Shown here piece by piece: positions 45,938-56,297 of a stretch of 64,000 nt of DNA. Position 1 is the first letter of the stretch. Every line of letters begins with the position of its first letter. Both the position numbers and the translations under genes were made by a program. Under the pieces are notes generated by a model, which saw nothing but the letters and a program-made list of their open reading frames with translations, did no database searches and was not told the DNA's origin. Origin of the DNA: an uncultured Dehalococcoidia bacterium (GTDB lineage Bacteria; Chloroflexota; Dehalococcoidia; Lucifugimonadales; JADFKI01); NCBI GenBank assembly GCA_964595285.1, contig CAZQPS010000047.1:27317-91316 (forward strand). The letters are read 5' to 3'.

Positions 45938-46717
45938 ATGAGTTTATCATTCCCCAAGTCCAGCAATATATACATGGTGAATGTAGGGAGCAATGCTAGT
46001 CACAATTTTTGCAGTCCTCTATTTCCGGATGGTCGGTTTGAATTTCTACCTATTCCAGAAGACCGAGAACTTAGTAAGTACCAAAGCACTCGATATAAAG
46101 ACCTTAAGTCTTACTATAATGCAAATTCTTATCTCACCCAATTTATACCCAAACAAATGCTAGAAAGAACTGCTCACAACGATCCTGAATTTAATACTTT
46201 TACCTATGGGGACAATTGTGACATTAATTCACGTGCAGCCGGCCTGAAATCCGTAAAAATAGGCGATTATATAGTATTTATCGTACGTCTCTGCCTCTGG
46301 ATCAATGGTAAGTTCACTTCAAAATACGGATTTTACTTAATTGGGTTTTTAGAAATTGAGGAAATCCTTCCGAGTGTTACAAATAGGCCCAACAAGACGG
46401 TCTTAGAAAAATTTGCTAAAAACGCCCATGTTTTAAGAGGACAAAACGACGATGCATTATGGGATAGTTTCTGGATTTTCAAGGGATCCGAAAAATCCCA
46501 ACGATTTGAGAAAGCGGTACCAATAACAAAGGGTATTGCATCTCAAGTCTTTCGCCAGGCAGACGGTAGGCACTGGAAATGGCCTGACAGCCGATCTGAT
46601 TTACAGATAATCGGATCTTATACTCGTTCTTGCAGACGTATAATTGAGGCAAATGATTCAGAGGAACATGAACGAGCGACATCACTATCTACCTGGATTT
46701 CTAAACATTATCAATAG
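45938..46717 (+). CDS. hypothetical protein (no family recognised)
   Basis: 259-aa ORF starting 5 nt after the queG stop. No TM segment or signal peptide. The central GDYIVFIV...GFYLIGFLEIEEI strand pattern is vaguely PUA/ASCH-like, with no firm assignment. Confidence 0.6.
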   Translation: MSLSFPKSSNIYMVNVGSNASHNFCSPLFPDGRFEFLPIPEDRELSKYQSTRYKDLKSYYNANSYLTQFIPKQMLERTAHNDPEFNTFTYGDNCDINSRAAGLKSVKIGDYIVFIVRLCLWINGKFTSKYGFYLIGFLEIEEILPSVTNRPNKTVLEKFAKNAHVLRGQNDDALWDSFWIFKGSEKSQRFEKAVPITKGIASQVFRQADGRHWKWPDSRSDLQIIGSYTRSCRRIIEANDSEEHERATSLSTWISKHYQ

Positions 46718-46897
46718 TCGCAACGCCTACTCTTAACTTTATTTTCCAAATTCTATAGATGAGTTGTTTCAGCAGGTACTATCTATATATCGTATTAACA
46801 TCCGAGTTCATATGGTGTATTGCGAACCCTTAAGAATATAGGTACCCTTTCCCGGACTACAAATAGCAACCGTTAAGTACGGCTAGCAGGGACGAGG

Positions 46898-47890
46898 TTG
46901 AAATTGGCACGTAAAAAAATATTCGTTACCAGAGAGCACATAATCCCGGATGCAATAGAGTACCTAAAAACATTTTTTGACGTTGATGTATGGACTGAAA
47001 GATCGGCGCCACCAAGGAATTATTTAATCGAAAAAGCAACTACATCGGATGGGATCCTTACAGAAATAACTGACATTATTGACGAGGAATTACTACAATC
47101 AACCACGCGGTTGAAAATAGTAGCCAATAGGGCTGTCGGCATGGATAATATAAACATTCCTGAAGCCTCTCGCCGCGGTGTCTTAGTAGCCAACACACCG
47201 GGTGTCCTCCACGAATCGTGTGCAGATTTTACGATGGGTCTCATTTTGTCTCTTGCCCGCAAAATTACATACGGTGACAGACAGATCAGAGCAGGTGCTT
47301 GGAAAATATTTGATCAAGTACCTTATGTCGGAACAGATGTACATGAAAGATCTTTGGGAATCATCGGAATGGGATTGATAGGCTCAGCTGTTGCCAAACG
47401 AGCTCGGGCATTCGACATGGAAGTGTTTTATCATTCTAGAACACGTAAAAAAAATGAGGAGAAAAATCTAGGAATCAACTGGGTAGAAACTATTGACCAA
47501 ATTTTGGCCGAATCTGATTACGTGTCACTACACGTCCCACTTACGCCCGAAACTGAATATATGATAGGTCTGGAACAAATCAGCAAAATGAAGCCCACCA
47601 GTTTTCTAATAAATACAACACGTGGAAGAACCGTGGATCCTCAAGCATTATATGTTGGACTATCTCAAGGTCTTATAGAGGGGGCTGCCATTGACGTTAC
47701 AGACCCTGAACCACTACCTATAGACAGTCCCTTGCTTTCTTTACCTAACTTGCTCATCACACCTCATATCGCTAGCGCAAGCTCAACAACGGTTAAGCGC
47801 ATGGGGTTAATGGCTGCAGAAAACATCCGAGGAGCTCTTTCAGGCACTGACATGCCCTCATGCCTGAACTTTGAGGCAGTCAGAAAATAG
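46898..47890 (+). CDS. D-isomer-specific 2-hydroxyacid dehydrogenase (glyoxylate/hydroxypyruvate reductase-like)
   Basis: NAD-binding GIIGMGLIGSAVAKRA, the catalytic region NTTRGRTVD, and ITPHIASAS. TTG start. Confidence 0.85.
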   Translation: MKLARKKIFVTREHIIPDAIEYLKTFFDVDVWTERSAPPRNYLIEKATTSDGILTEITDIIDEELLQSTTRLKIVANRAVGMDNINIPEASRRGVLVANTPGVLHESCADFTMGLILSLARKITYGDRQIRAGAWKIFDQVPYVGTDVHERSLGIIGMGLIGSAVAKRARAFDMEVFYHSRTRKKNEEKNLGINWVETIDQILAESDYVSLHVPLTPETEYMIGLEQISKMKPTSFLINTTRGRTVDPQALYVGLSQGLIEGAAIDVTDPEPLPIDSPLLSLPNLLITPHIASASSTTVKRMGLMAAENIRGALSGTDMPSCLNFEAVRK

Positions 47891-47905
47891 TTTATTAAGT
47901 TAGAT

Positions 47906-48661
47906 TCACGCTACCCCTGCCTCTCCAGAAGTATCTCTAAGTAGCGTGGGCCTAATTCTCAATTCCGGTATGCACGCGCGTTGCGGTAGCGAAGCGATTA
48001 ATGTTATTGCCTCTGCAACGTCTTCTGGCATTACCATAGTGTCCCTAGATTCTCTAGATGGATTGACGGGACGATTGTCCAATATCGGAGTATCGACCTC
48101 CCCCGGTATGACAACGCTCGCCCTAAGTCCAGTATTCTTGAATTCTGTATTAAGGAAACTAGTGAAATTGATTACGCTCGCTTTAATTGCGCTATATGCC
48201 ATCCCAGCCAGCAAGCTCGCATTAATTCCTGACATGGATGAGATGTTTATCACGGTACCTTCCCCTCTCTGAACCATACCAGGAATTAGGGACTGACTTA
48301 AATAAATCGTTCCCATGAGATTTGAGTCTACAACCGCTTTTATTTCATCCGAGGTAGTAGTCAAAAGCCTTCTATGTGCTGAACTATGTCCAGCATTATT
48401 AACCAATACGTCCACTCGATCATACTGTCGCCCTATAGCAGCAATCAATTCCTGTACTGATTTCTCATCCCCTACATCAGCTGTTAGCGAAAAAACTTCT
48501 CCATTTTCTTCCTCGATCTGCTTCTGGACGTCAACCAGTTTGCTCATAGTTCTTCCTACCAAGATGACTTTAGCTCCGCCAGAGGACATCATGAGTGCAG
48601 CACTTTTACCGATGCCACTGCCTCCACCAGTTATCACGCATACCTTGCCTTCTAATCCCAT
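47906..48661 (-). CDS. SDR family oxidoreductase
   Basis: TGGGSGIGKS (TGxxxGxG), NNAG, and the catalytic YSAIK (YxxxK). Confidence 0.88.
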   Translation of the reverse strand: MGLEGKVCVITGGGSGIGKSAALMMSSGGAKVILVGRTMSKLVDVQKQIEEENGEVFSLTADVGDEKSVQELIAAIGRQYDRVDVLVNNAGHSSAHRRLLTTTSDEIKAVVDSNLMGTIYLSQSLIPGMVQRGEGTVINISSMSGINASLLAGMAYSAIKASVINFTSFLNTEFKNTGLRASVVIPGEVDTPILDNRPVNPSRESRDTMVMPEDVAEAITLIASLPQRACIPELRIRPTLLRDTSGEAGVA

Positions 48662-48774
48662 GCTTTAAGCCTCTCTCTCTTATTTCAAAATCCTATCATC
48701 ATGGAAGTCACTAATTTCATGTATCCCAAAATACGGATATCATCCAACTCCTAAGTTAACGCTACTCTCACCAT

Positions 48775-49893
48775 CTAGCTGATTGTAACTCCAACTAAAT
48801 TTCCAATTATGAAGGTTATTGTAGCTGCGACTCCGCCTACTGCCATCATCCTAACGGCACCAACCCACATATTCTTTCCAGAAATGATCGAAATAGCACT
48901 ACCGACTATGGCCAAAGCAGTAATACTAAGTATCGCACTTAGAATGAGAGTTCTAGACCCTATTCCAAGTAAATATGGCAATATAGGTATCAGTGCTCCT
49001 ACAAAAAAAGCTGTAAAAGAACTAGTTGCAGCACCTACAGGAGAGCCCAAGCGATCAGGGTCTAAACCAAGCTCTTCTCTGGCCATTGTATCCAAAGTGA
49101 CCTTGGGGTCCATCATTATCTTATCGGCAATATTGGAAGCGTCTTCATGAGACAGGCCTTTTAATTCATAAATTAGAATCAGTTCATCTCTCTCGTCTTC
49201 CGGGAACTCTTCAAGTTCAGCGGCCTCTATTCCAATCTGGTATTCATAAAGATCTCTTTGTGACCTGACAGATATATATTCTCCAGCAGCCATGGAACAT
49301 GCCCCCGCTAAAAGACCAGATATTCCTGCTAACATTACGAATGCGGCGTTATCAGTCCCCCCAGCTACTCCCATGACTAAAGTGAAATTAGAAACCAAAC
49401 CGTCATTTACTCCCATGACAATCGGCCTGATATTATCTCCTGTGCCTGAAAATCTATGCCCAATCTCGGATGACATTATAGAAAAAGCTGGTCTATCAAG
49501 GGGCATTGTTCGAAGAACCTCGGCATGCTCGCGTTCTTCAAGAGCTATATCTTGTGCTTCCGGATCCGCCTCATATGCAATTATATCCTGATCTTCACCT
49601 TTCAAAAGCCACGGAATTACACGGTTGGTACCTAGAATTTCTGCTGCTTTAGTCAAGACAGAAATTTTGATATTCTTTTTTGGCACTCTGATATCGTTTG
49701 GATCCAAGGAAAGTTTTTCAGCCCAACGTTTTGCATGACGCAATTCAGCATCCACAAGCTTAAGAAATATGGCTGACCTCGCCGTATCCTTCTCGACATC
49801 TGCCATCGCTTGATATGTGGCAGCTGCCTCAAGTTCTGCATTCAGATAATCTTTATATTGTTTTTTTCTTTTTTGGGATGGTTGTTCAGACAA
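48775..49893 (-). CDS. membrane-bound ferritin-like/VIT1 fusion protein (MbfA-like iron exporter)
   Basis: N-terminal rubrerythrin/ferritin-like helices (ELEAAATYQAMA..ELRHAKRWAEKL, EEREHAEVL), followed by a VIT1/CCC1 domain (VMGVNDGLVSNFTLVMGVAGG) and C-terminal TM segments. Confidence 0.78.
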   Translation of the reverse strand: MSEQPSQKRKKQYKDYLNAELEAAATYQAMADVEKDTARSAIFLKLVDAELRHAKRWAEKLSLDPNDIRVPKKNIKISVLTKAAEILGTNRVIPWLLKGEDQDIIAYEADPEAQDIALEEREHAEVLRTMPLDRPAFSIMSSEIGHRFSGTGDNIRPIVMGVNDGLVSNFTLVMGVAGGTDNAAFVMLAGISGLLAGACSMAAGEYISVRSQRDLYEYQIGIEAAELEEFPEDERDELILIYELKGLSHEDASNIADKIMMDPKVTLDTMAREELGLDPDRLGSPVGAATSSFTAFFVGALIPILPYLLGIGSRTLILSAILSITALAIVGSAISIISGKNMWVGAVRMMAVGGVAATITFIIGNLVGVTIS

Positions 49894-49896
49894 TAT

Positions 49897-50775
49897 TTAC
49901 GACTCCTTCACAATGTCACATCCCATTTTTGAACCAACAGTATTTCTTATTGCCTTCAAGCGGGTCATATTCTCTATGTCAGGCCCCTTTTTATGGATCC
50001 CTGGAACTTCCAAAAGAAAAGGGACGCACTCAAAGGCTTCATGTGCAATTATATTCTCAAAACCTGAAATACCAATATATCCATCTCCGATATTCTCATG
50101 TCTATCAACCCCCCCACCTAAAACCACCTTCGAGTCGTTGGCATGTACCACTACTAATTTATCTAGACCTATTTCACGATCGAATTCTTCCATACAATCA
50201 CGAAGCTTCTCTCTATTCGCAATATCATATCCCGCAGCAAACGCATGTTCGGTATCTAGGCATATTTTCAAATTGGGATGGTCGACTTCTCTCAAAAGAT
50301 TCCCAAGCTCTCCGAATGAAGATCCAATCTGTGCCCCCATGCCAGCACAATTTTCAATGATCAAAGGTACATCATCAGGACTATTTGCAAGGACCTCTTT
50401 CAAAGCATCAGAAGCTTGTTTAAAAACACCATCAAAACCTTTTCCTTTATGGCTTCCAGAATGGAAAATGACGCCCTGAGAACCTATTCTCCCTGCCACT
50501 ACCATGTGCTGCTTTAGTATATCTACAGATTTAGCAACTAAATCTGATTCTCCACCCAAGTTGATCAAATATGTTCCATGAATAAATACTGATGAAATAG
50601 CTGAATCTATTAACTTTTCATGAAAGCTCTTCACTTCCTGATCCGATGGGGGTTTGAATGCCCAAGTTCTGGGCGAGGACACAAAAATTTGCATGGATTC
50701 TGCGCCTATTGCACTAGCTCTTTCAATTGACTTGCTAATTCCTCCAGCCGAGGAAACATGGGCTCCAATATCCAA
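49897..50775 (-). CDS. nfo: deoxyribonuclease IV (endonuclease IV)
   Basis: IGAHVSSAGG...AESMQIF.SSPRTW, IENCAG, CLDTEHAFAAGYD and HANDSK are Nfo metal-site blocks. Confidence 0.92.
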   Translation of the reverse strand: MDIGAHVSSAGGISKSIERASAIGAESMQIFVSSPRTWAFKPPSDQEVKSFHEKLIDSAISSVFIHGTYLINLGGESDLVAKSVDILKQHMVVAGRIGSQGVIFHSGSHKGKGFDGVFKQASDALKEVLANSPDDVPLIIENCAGMGAQIGSSFGELGNLLREVDHPNLKICLDTEHAFAAGYDIANREKLRDCMEEFDREIGLDKLVVVHANDSKVVLGGGVDRHENIGDGYIGISGFENIIAHEAFECVPFLLEVPGIHKKGPDIENMTRLKAIRNTVGSKMGCDIVKES

Positions 50776-50993
50776 TTGCCACTCCTATTTCTATGAGGCT
50801 TGATGCACAATCGCATTCAGCGAGCAAGCACTACACATTAGAATCTGATAAGTTGATAGCTGAATCAAATACATGGTCGAGAATTCAACTAGAAGACTTG
50901 CGCCAACACACCATGCCATCTTACAACACCCAATGATTGTGCGCATTATGATTGTCAGGTAAAAATAACGACTGCCGAATAGAGGAGCGTCTA

Positions 50994-51884
50994 ATGATAC
51001 ATACGACTATAGGTATACTCAGTCCTGGGGATATGGGGGCTGGAGTCGGGGCATCTCTCAAAAAGTCAGGTATCGACACAGTAACATTCGTAGGGAACCG
51101 AAGCTTGAGAACACGCAAATTAGCAGAGAAAGCCGAATTTAGACTGTTGGAAAGTATGGAAACATTGGTACGCGAATGTGATCTGATCCTGAGCATCTTG
51201 GTACCTGCAGAGGCTGAACATTTAGCTAGTGAAGTCTCTAGGGCTATTAGAGCAACGCAGCAAAAAACCTTTTTCGCCGATTGTAATGCCATTTCTCCAG
51301 ATAAAAGTCGACGAATAGCAAAATTGATAAACGATTCTGGAGGCCAATTTATAGACGGTGGAATTATTGGAGGATCCCCAGCGAGAGGTGATATGCCAAG
51401 ATTCTATGTTTCCGGTCCAGATGTCAAACCCATTATGAATCTGGATGGAAAAGGAATAATGGTTCGACATCTGGGAGATTCCATAGGAACAGCGTCGGGG
51501 ATAAAGATGTGTTATGCAGCTCTTACCAAAGGCACCAACACACTTCAAACTGCTCTCTTGACTGCCGCGGAATTAATGGGAATAACTAATGAACTCAGAG
51601 ATGAATTTGCCTCCAGCCAAGCACCCACTCTCGAACAAATGGATTCGGGAATATTCAAATTGCCACCGAATTCCCACAGATGGATAGGAGAAATGGAAGA
51701 AATAGCTGATACATTCTCAAACCTCGGCATAACTCCTCTGTTCCACCAAGGCGCAGCAGAAATCTACAAATTACTAAGTCAGACAGATTTCGCCAAGGAA
51801 ACTCCTGAAAATATCAACAGCGACCGCACTACAAGCGAAACCATCCAAGCAGTCGTTAGTGTGTTAAACAATAAGAAGTCCTAG
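50994..51884 (+). CDS. NAD(P)-binding 6-phosphogluconate-dehydrogenase-like oxidoreductase (DUF1932-type C-terminus)
   Basis: ATG 50994 follows an AGAGGAG RBS. IGILSPGDMGAGVGASL is a Rossmann motif. GIKMCYAALTKG and the C-terminal helical domain resemble DUF1932 proteins. Confidence 0.65.
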   Translation: MIHTTIGILSPGDMGAGVGASLKKSGIDTVTFVGNRSLRTRKLAEKAEFRLLESMETLVRECDLILSILVPAEAEHLASEVSRAIRATQQKTFFADCNAISPDKSRRIAKLINDSGGQFIDGGIIGGSPARGDMPRFYVSGPDVKPIMNLDGKGIMVRHLGDSIGTASGIKMCYAALTKGTNTLQTALLTAAELMGITNELRDEFASSQAPTLEQMDSGIFKLPPNSHRWIGEMEEIADTFSNLGITPLFHQGAAEIYKLLSQTDFAKETPENINSDRTTSETIQAVVSVLNNKKS

Positions 51885-51939
51885 CAATCAAAAACTCTTT
51901 TCCCAGGGAGACAAAAGGGATATATAAAAGATAAACTAC

Positions 51940-52848
51940 TCAAGACCTCTTTAGAAAAAGTATTTTCCTAAAGTCTCCCGCTTCCCAAGCTGCCAATACT
52001 TGGCTGGCAATGGCTATGGAACTATAGGTACCAACAACCACCCCTATTAACAAAACAATTAGGAATGTTTGTATGGTTGCGCCTCCAAATAACAACAAGG
52101 CCAGTAAGGTAAAAAGAAGAGTTAAACTGGTATTAAGAGAACGCGAGAGCGACTCTGAGATACTGACATTGACATTATCTCTAAAAGATCTAGTGGGATA
52201 ATTTATGACATTCTCGCGCAGTCTGTCAAAGACTACGATTGTATCATTAACGCTATAACCTATGACTGTTAAAATCGCGATCAGAAACATCGTATTAACT
52301 TCTGTGCCAAGCAGTTCCCCCAATATTGCGAATATCCCAATTACTATCAAAGTATCATGCAACAAAGCTACCACGGCCGCCACGCCATACCTCAGTGGTC
52401 GAGGTACTCTTCTAAACGCCCACCACAAATAAATGAAGACACCCAAGGCTCCTGCTATCACCGCATAAAGTCCATTTAATACAGTTTCTCTAGCCACAAC
52501 CGGAGAAACTAGGTCAAAGGATAACACTCCAACCCCATCAGGCGACAATTGGGATTTCAAAGCTTCCACAAGTTCTGTCTTACGAGTCTCATCCAACTGT
52601 TTTGTCCTTACAAAAAAGGTGTCGTCGTCAAGATTCTGCACTGCCGCGTCTGTGTACCCTAACAAACTCAATTCGCTTCTAAGGCCTTTTTGATCAACAC
52701 TATTGGAAAATGCCAAGGTCAACGTAGATCCCCCCGTGAAATCAATACCAGGCTTTAATCCCGGCGCAATTATTAAAAATGCTATACCTGGCACAATAAC
52801 TACCAAAGATACCAAGAAGAATATGATTCTTTTTCCTACAAAGTCCAA
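51940..52848 (-). CDS. secF: protein translocase subunit SecF
   Basis: GIDFTGGSTL, YSVNDTIVVFDRLREN and six TM segments. It lies directly downstream of secD. Confidence 0.92.
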   Translation of the reverse strand: MDFVGKRIIFFLVSLVVIVPGIAFLIIAPGLKPGIDFTGGSTLTLAFSNSVDQKGLRSELSLLGYTDAAVQNLDDDTFFVRTKQLDETRKTELVEALKSQLSPDGVGVLSFDLVSPVVARETVLNGLYAVIAGALGVFIYLWWAFRRVPRPLRYGVAAVVALLHDTLIVIGIFAILGELLGTEVNTMFLIAILTVIGYSVNDTIVVFDRLRENVINYPTRSFRDNVNVSISESLSRSLNTSLTLLFTLLALLLFGGATIQTFLIVLLIGVVVGTYSSIAIASQVLAAWEAGDFRKILFLKRS

Positions 52849-52888
52849 CGCTAACTCCTATGACTTGTTAATATATTCTAGGTTTGTA

Positions 52889-54700
52889 TCATCCACTCTG
52901 AGGCAAATCTCTAGACCCGGTCGGTACAAAAATTCCCAGATATTTAGAAATGGCAGTTGCGGCTACCAATCTCAACATCGTCTTACTGACAACGACCGCT
53001 GAAAACATGCTTATAACAACACCTATCGCAAGGGTCACCGCGAAACCTTGCACGATTGTTGTACCCAGCTGGTTCGCAAAGTAAAAAAGTATCGCACATG
53101 TTATGAGTGTGGAAACATTACTGTCTCTAATGGCGGGCCATGCTCTGTCAAATCCTATTGTGATGGCTGAATTGAGAGTCCTGCCGTTTCGAAGCTCATC
53201 CTTGAGTCTCTCAAAAATTAGTACATTCGCGTCAACAGCCATTCCAATCGACAAAATTGCTGCTGCAACGCCAGAAAGAGTCAGGGTTACCGGGAGCAAT
53301 TTAAAAATCGCCAGAACGAGCACAGCGTAGATCAATAAAGCTATAGATGCTATTACTCCGGGCACTCTGTAATACAAAATCATAAATAAAAACACCAATA
53401 ACAAGCCTATTATGCCAGCTAAGGCGCTCTTTTTTAAGGAATCGGCTCCTAAGATAGCGTCCACGTCCCTCTCTTGTATCAGTTCAATGGGCAGAGGCAA
53501 TCGACCTCCTTCGAGAAGTAAGGATATATCCCTAGCCCTATCAAGAGTAAAATCACGCCCTTGTATGATACCTGTGCCAGACGTGATAGGCTGAGTGACG
53601 GTTGGCGCAATCAATTCTTTATCATCCAAGAATATTGCGATGAGGTCGGTAGGACTACCAGCAATCTCCGTTGTTTTTTCCGCAAAAATACGGGTGCCTA
53701 ATCCATCGAATTCAATATTGATTATGGGCTGATCACTAGTAGCATGCAAGCTAGCGTAAGCTCTGGACAGGTTTTCACCACTCAGACCAAAATCCTCATC
53801 AACGCGGCCTTGTATTTCGACAAACCCTATCTTCGGGCTATCTCCTAGAATAGCGGCAGCTTCGCTCTCTGTGTTCACTTCGGCACTAGAATCCGAAGTA
53901 CCTAACGGTCCTGCAGGAAATTCTATGGCGTATTTGCTACCACTAGAAAGTTTCTGAACATACACACCAGGTATTTCATATTTCAAGGAGTGTATACCAT
54001 CCAAAGAAACTTCTAGGCGATTGTTTATAACCAGCTGGTCGTCTATAAGGGAAGGAACGTTTAATCTGTTCAGAACCTCATCAAATCTCGCAGACGACTC
54101 TTTTGAAAGCGTCATTAGCATTACTGGAGGCATATCATCAATCGCTGGAATTTCATTTGTTGAATTATTGTTGATAGCAGTGAATCTCTCGTATAGCTCA
54201 GGCGGATAGCTTGATGCTCTCAATTCCAAAACGTCATCATCCGCAACTACCCCTTCAACTTTCAAATCTTTGGGCACATTGATTTTACGATGTTTAAAAA
54301 CTAACCGAGCGGTTTCACCAATCAAAGCCTTAGCTCGTCCGGGATCTGTAACACCAGGAAGTTGGATTAACAGTCGATCTTCGCCTAAGATCTGTATAAT
54401 CGGCTCTCCAAGACCAGACGCATTAACGCGTCTGAGTATTATCTTCTGTAAACTTTCCATATCCTCTTTAGTCGGTGTTCTTTCCTGATCAGTATATTCG
54501 TCGACTACCGATTGTGCCTCATAAACTAAGTGGCTGCCCCCCTGCAAATCCAGCCCTAAGCTCAACCCTAAGAATGTGTCACTACCCCTCTGGAATCCAC
54601 CTAATTCGACATTTTTAAAAGCGAGCGACATCGCCGCCGCCGCTACCAAAACTACAATAAATACCAACGATTTAGCGTTTCTTCGCACCGCTGCCTCCAA
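52889..54700 (-). CDS. secD: protein translocase subunit SecD
   Basis: LGLDLQGGSHLVYEA, a long periplasmic domain, and MAVDANVLIFERLKDEL in the C-terminal TM bundle. Confidence 0.92.
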   Translation of the reverse strand: MEAAVRRNAKSLVFIVVLVAAAAMSLAFKNVELGGFQRGSDTFLGLSLGLDLQGGSHLVYEAQSVVDEYTDQERTPTKEDMESLQKIILRRVNASGLGEPIIQILGEDRLLIQLPGVTDPGRAKALIGETARLVFKHRKINVPKDLKVEGVVADDDVLELRASSYPPELYERFTAINNNSTNEIPAIDDMPPVMLMTLSKESSARFDEVLNRLNVPSLIDDQLVINNRLEVSLDGIHSLKYEIPGVYVQKLSSGSKYAIEFPAGPLGTSDSSAEVNTESEAAAILGDSPKIGFVEIQGRVDEDFGLSGENLSRAYASLHATSDQPIINIEFDGLGTRIFAEKTTEIAGSPTDLIAIFLDDKELIAPTVTQPITSGTGIIQGRDFTLDRARDISLLLEGGRLPLPIELIQERDVDAILGADSLKKSALAGIIGLLLVFLFMILYYRVPGVIASIALLIYAVLVLAIFKLLPVTLTLSGVAAAILSIGMAVDANVLIFERLKDELRNGRTLNSAITIGFDRAWPAIRDSNVSTLITCAILFYFANQLGTTIVQGFAVTLAIGVVISMFSAVVVSKTMLRLVAATAISKYLGIFVPTGSRDLPQSG

Positions 54701-56177
54701 CTTTAAGATGCCCTTTTAGCAATTCAAGGGCCTCTTCTTTCGTACTTATATCTCCTGATCCATAACTCTCATCGACAATGTTGAGTAGATTTCCAACAAT
54801 AGGACCAGATTCTAAATCAAACTCGTACATTATATCGCGACCAGTCACCAATTTAGCTACTTTTTCTGGGATATTTTCATGATTTCTTTCCAGCAATATG
54901 TATTGTATAAGCTTACAATGTCCAGCCCACTGTGATTGTTCCAACATAGGTCCTCTAGCAGCTAAATAGTCTGCTAAATTTAAAAACAAAACATCTGCAG
55001 CAACACTACCCACATCTCTTCTATACCTGTATATAGCCCGTCGTGAAGGCATATCATGTTTTGAGGACATTTGTGTGGGACGTAGATGATGACGAATAAG
55101 CATCTTCACATGTGAGATGCTTTTATTGCTAAATCTCAATCTTTTCATGACATTTTCAGCAAGATTCTCCCCTTCTAAATTATGTCCAAGAAATCTTATA
55201 CGCCCGTTATCTTCTACAGTTTTAGTAACTGGTTTGCCAATATCGTGAAGTAGGCCTGCTAATTTAAGTAATACTCGGCGATCATATCCATCCCCGATAC
55301 TGTCTTCAAAATATTCCTTCATAAAGGCAAAGCTCTGCAACTCATTCAGTACTGAATCCGATTTCGAGTCATTACGACACAAAATTAATTCCAGTTTGCC
55401 GACAGTTTGAATTAAATGGGTAAAAACATCCCAATAATGCTCATTCGGCTGAGTAACTCCCTTGCTCAATTTCAACTCAGGAATTATCACACAAAGAAGT
55501 CCTAATCCATCCATCAATTGCAAAGATGCCTGAGCCTGTGACCCAGAAAGAATCTCTAACAATTCGTCTCTCACTCTCTCCTGTGCGACAAGACTAATCT
55601 TCAAATGTTGACTCTTAATCAATTCGGCGCATTCATTGCTGAGGACGAAGTCAAGCTGTTGAGCTAATCTCACAGCTCGAATCATTCGGCATGGATCCTG
55701 CAAGAAAACATTTTTTTTAACTGGTCTTATTTTTCTATTTTTTATATCAGCTAAACCTCCGCAGGGGTCTATCAATACATTCGGCGGCCAACCTTCAAAA
55801 ATATCTGTGAAAGAAAAAGCCATGGCATCTATGGTAAAATCTCGATCCCAAAGATCGGCTTCGATAGAATCTTTCATTTTGGAGATATCTATATGATGAA
55901 TCTCATAACCTTCGCCTAGAATAACCCTGTGGATCTGCCTTTCATGATCAAGGATAATGCGCTTCCCCGCGAATTCCTCAGACATCCACAACGAAGCATT
56001 TGCAACATCCCCGTCAACTAGGAGATCAAGGTCACTAACAGATCTATTGAGCAATAGATCTCGCACCGCACCACCAACTACATAAATAGAGATATCAAAA
56101 CGTTTCGAAAGACGACCTATCGGTGGAATAACTCCTGCAAGATTAGAGGAGCCTATGCCAAATTGATCAATATGCAT
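54672..56177 (-). CDS. cca: CCA-adding tRNA nucleotidyltransferase / poly(A) polymerase family protein with HD domain
   Basis: YVVGGAVRDLLLNRSVSDLDLLV (nucleotidyltransferase GG..RD...D.D) and the HD motif LLHDIGKP. The stop region overlaps the secD start by 29 nt. Confidence 0.85.
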   Translation of the reverse strand: MHIDQFGIGSSNLAGVIPPIGRLSKRFDISIYVVGGAVRDLLLNRSVSDLDLLVDGDVANASLWMSEEFAGKRIILDHERQIHRVILGEGYEIHHIDISKMKDSIEADLWDRDFTIDAMAFSFTDIFEGWPPNVLIDPCGGLADIKNRKIRPVKKNVFLQDPCRMIRAVRLAQQLDFVLSNECAELIKSQHLKISLVAQERVRDELLEILSGSQAQASLQLMDGLGLLCVIIPELKLSKGVTQPNEHYWDVFTHLIQTVGKLELILCRNDSKSDSVLNELQSFAFMKEYFEDSIGDGYDRRVLLKLAGLLHDIGKPVTKTVEDNGRIRFLGHNLEGENLAENVMKRLRFSNKSISHVKMLIRHHLRPTQMSSKHDMPSRRAIYRYRRDVGSVAADVLFLNLADYLAARGPMLEQSQWAGHCKLIQYILLERNHENIPEKVAKLVTGRDIMYEFDLESGPIVGNLLNIVDESYGSGDISTKEEALELLKGHLKVGGSGAKKR

Positions 56178-56297
56178 AATTTACAGCCAAACAATCTCTT
56201 CGGAATTCTGTCCATGTTTTTGGAATCTTAACAGGAGTAGTTTGTTCTATCTCAATACACATTTCTTAGTAATTTGGCCAACACATAACAATATAGA

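Noticed and set aside
49815-50479. Two long plus-strand ORFs (181 and 188 aa).
   Set aside because: Both lie antisense to the well-supported nfo gene (the first also overlaps the adjacent MbfA-like gene's 5' end) and have low-complexity, Ser/Pro-rich translations. They are typical shadow ORFs. The same reasoning applies to 61805..62425 (antisense to etfA), 47946..48272 and 48315..48668 (antisense to the SDR), and 453..803 (antisense to the yqeY-like gene and the purQ start).
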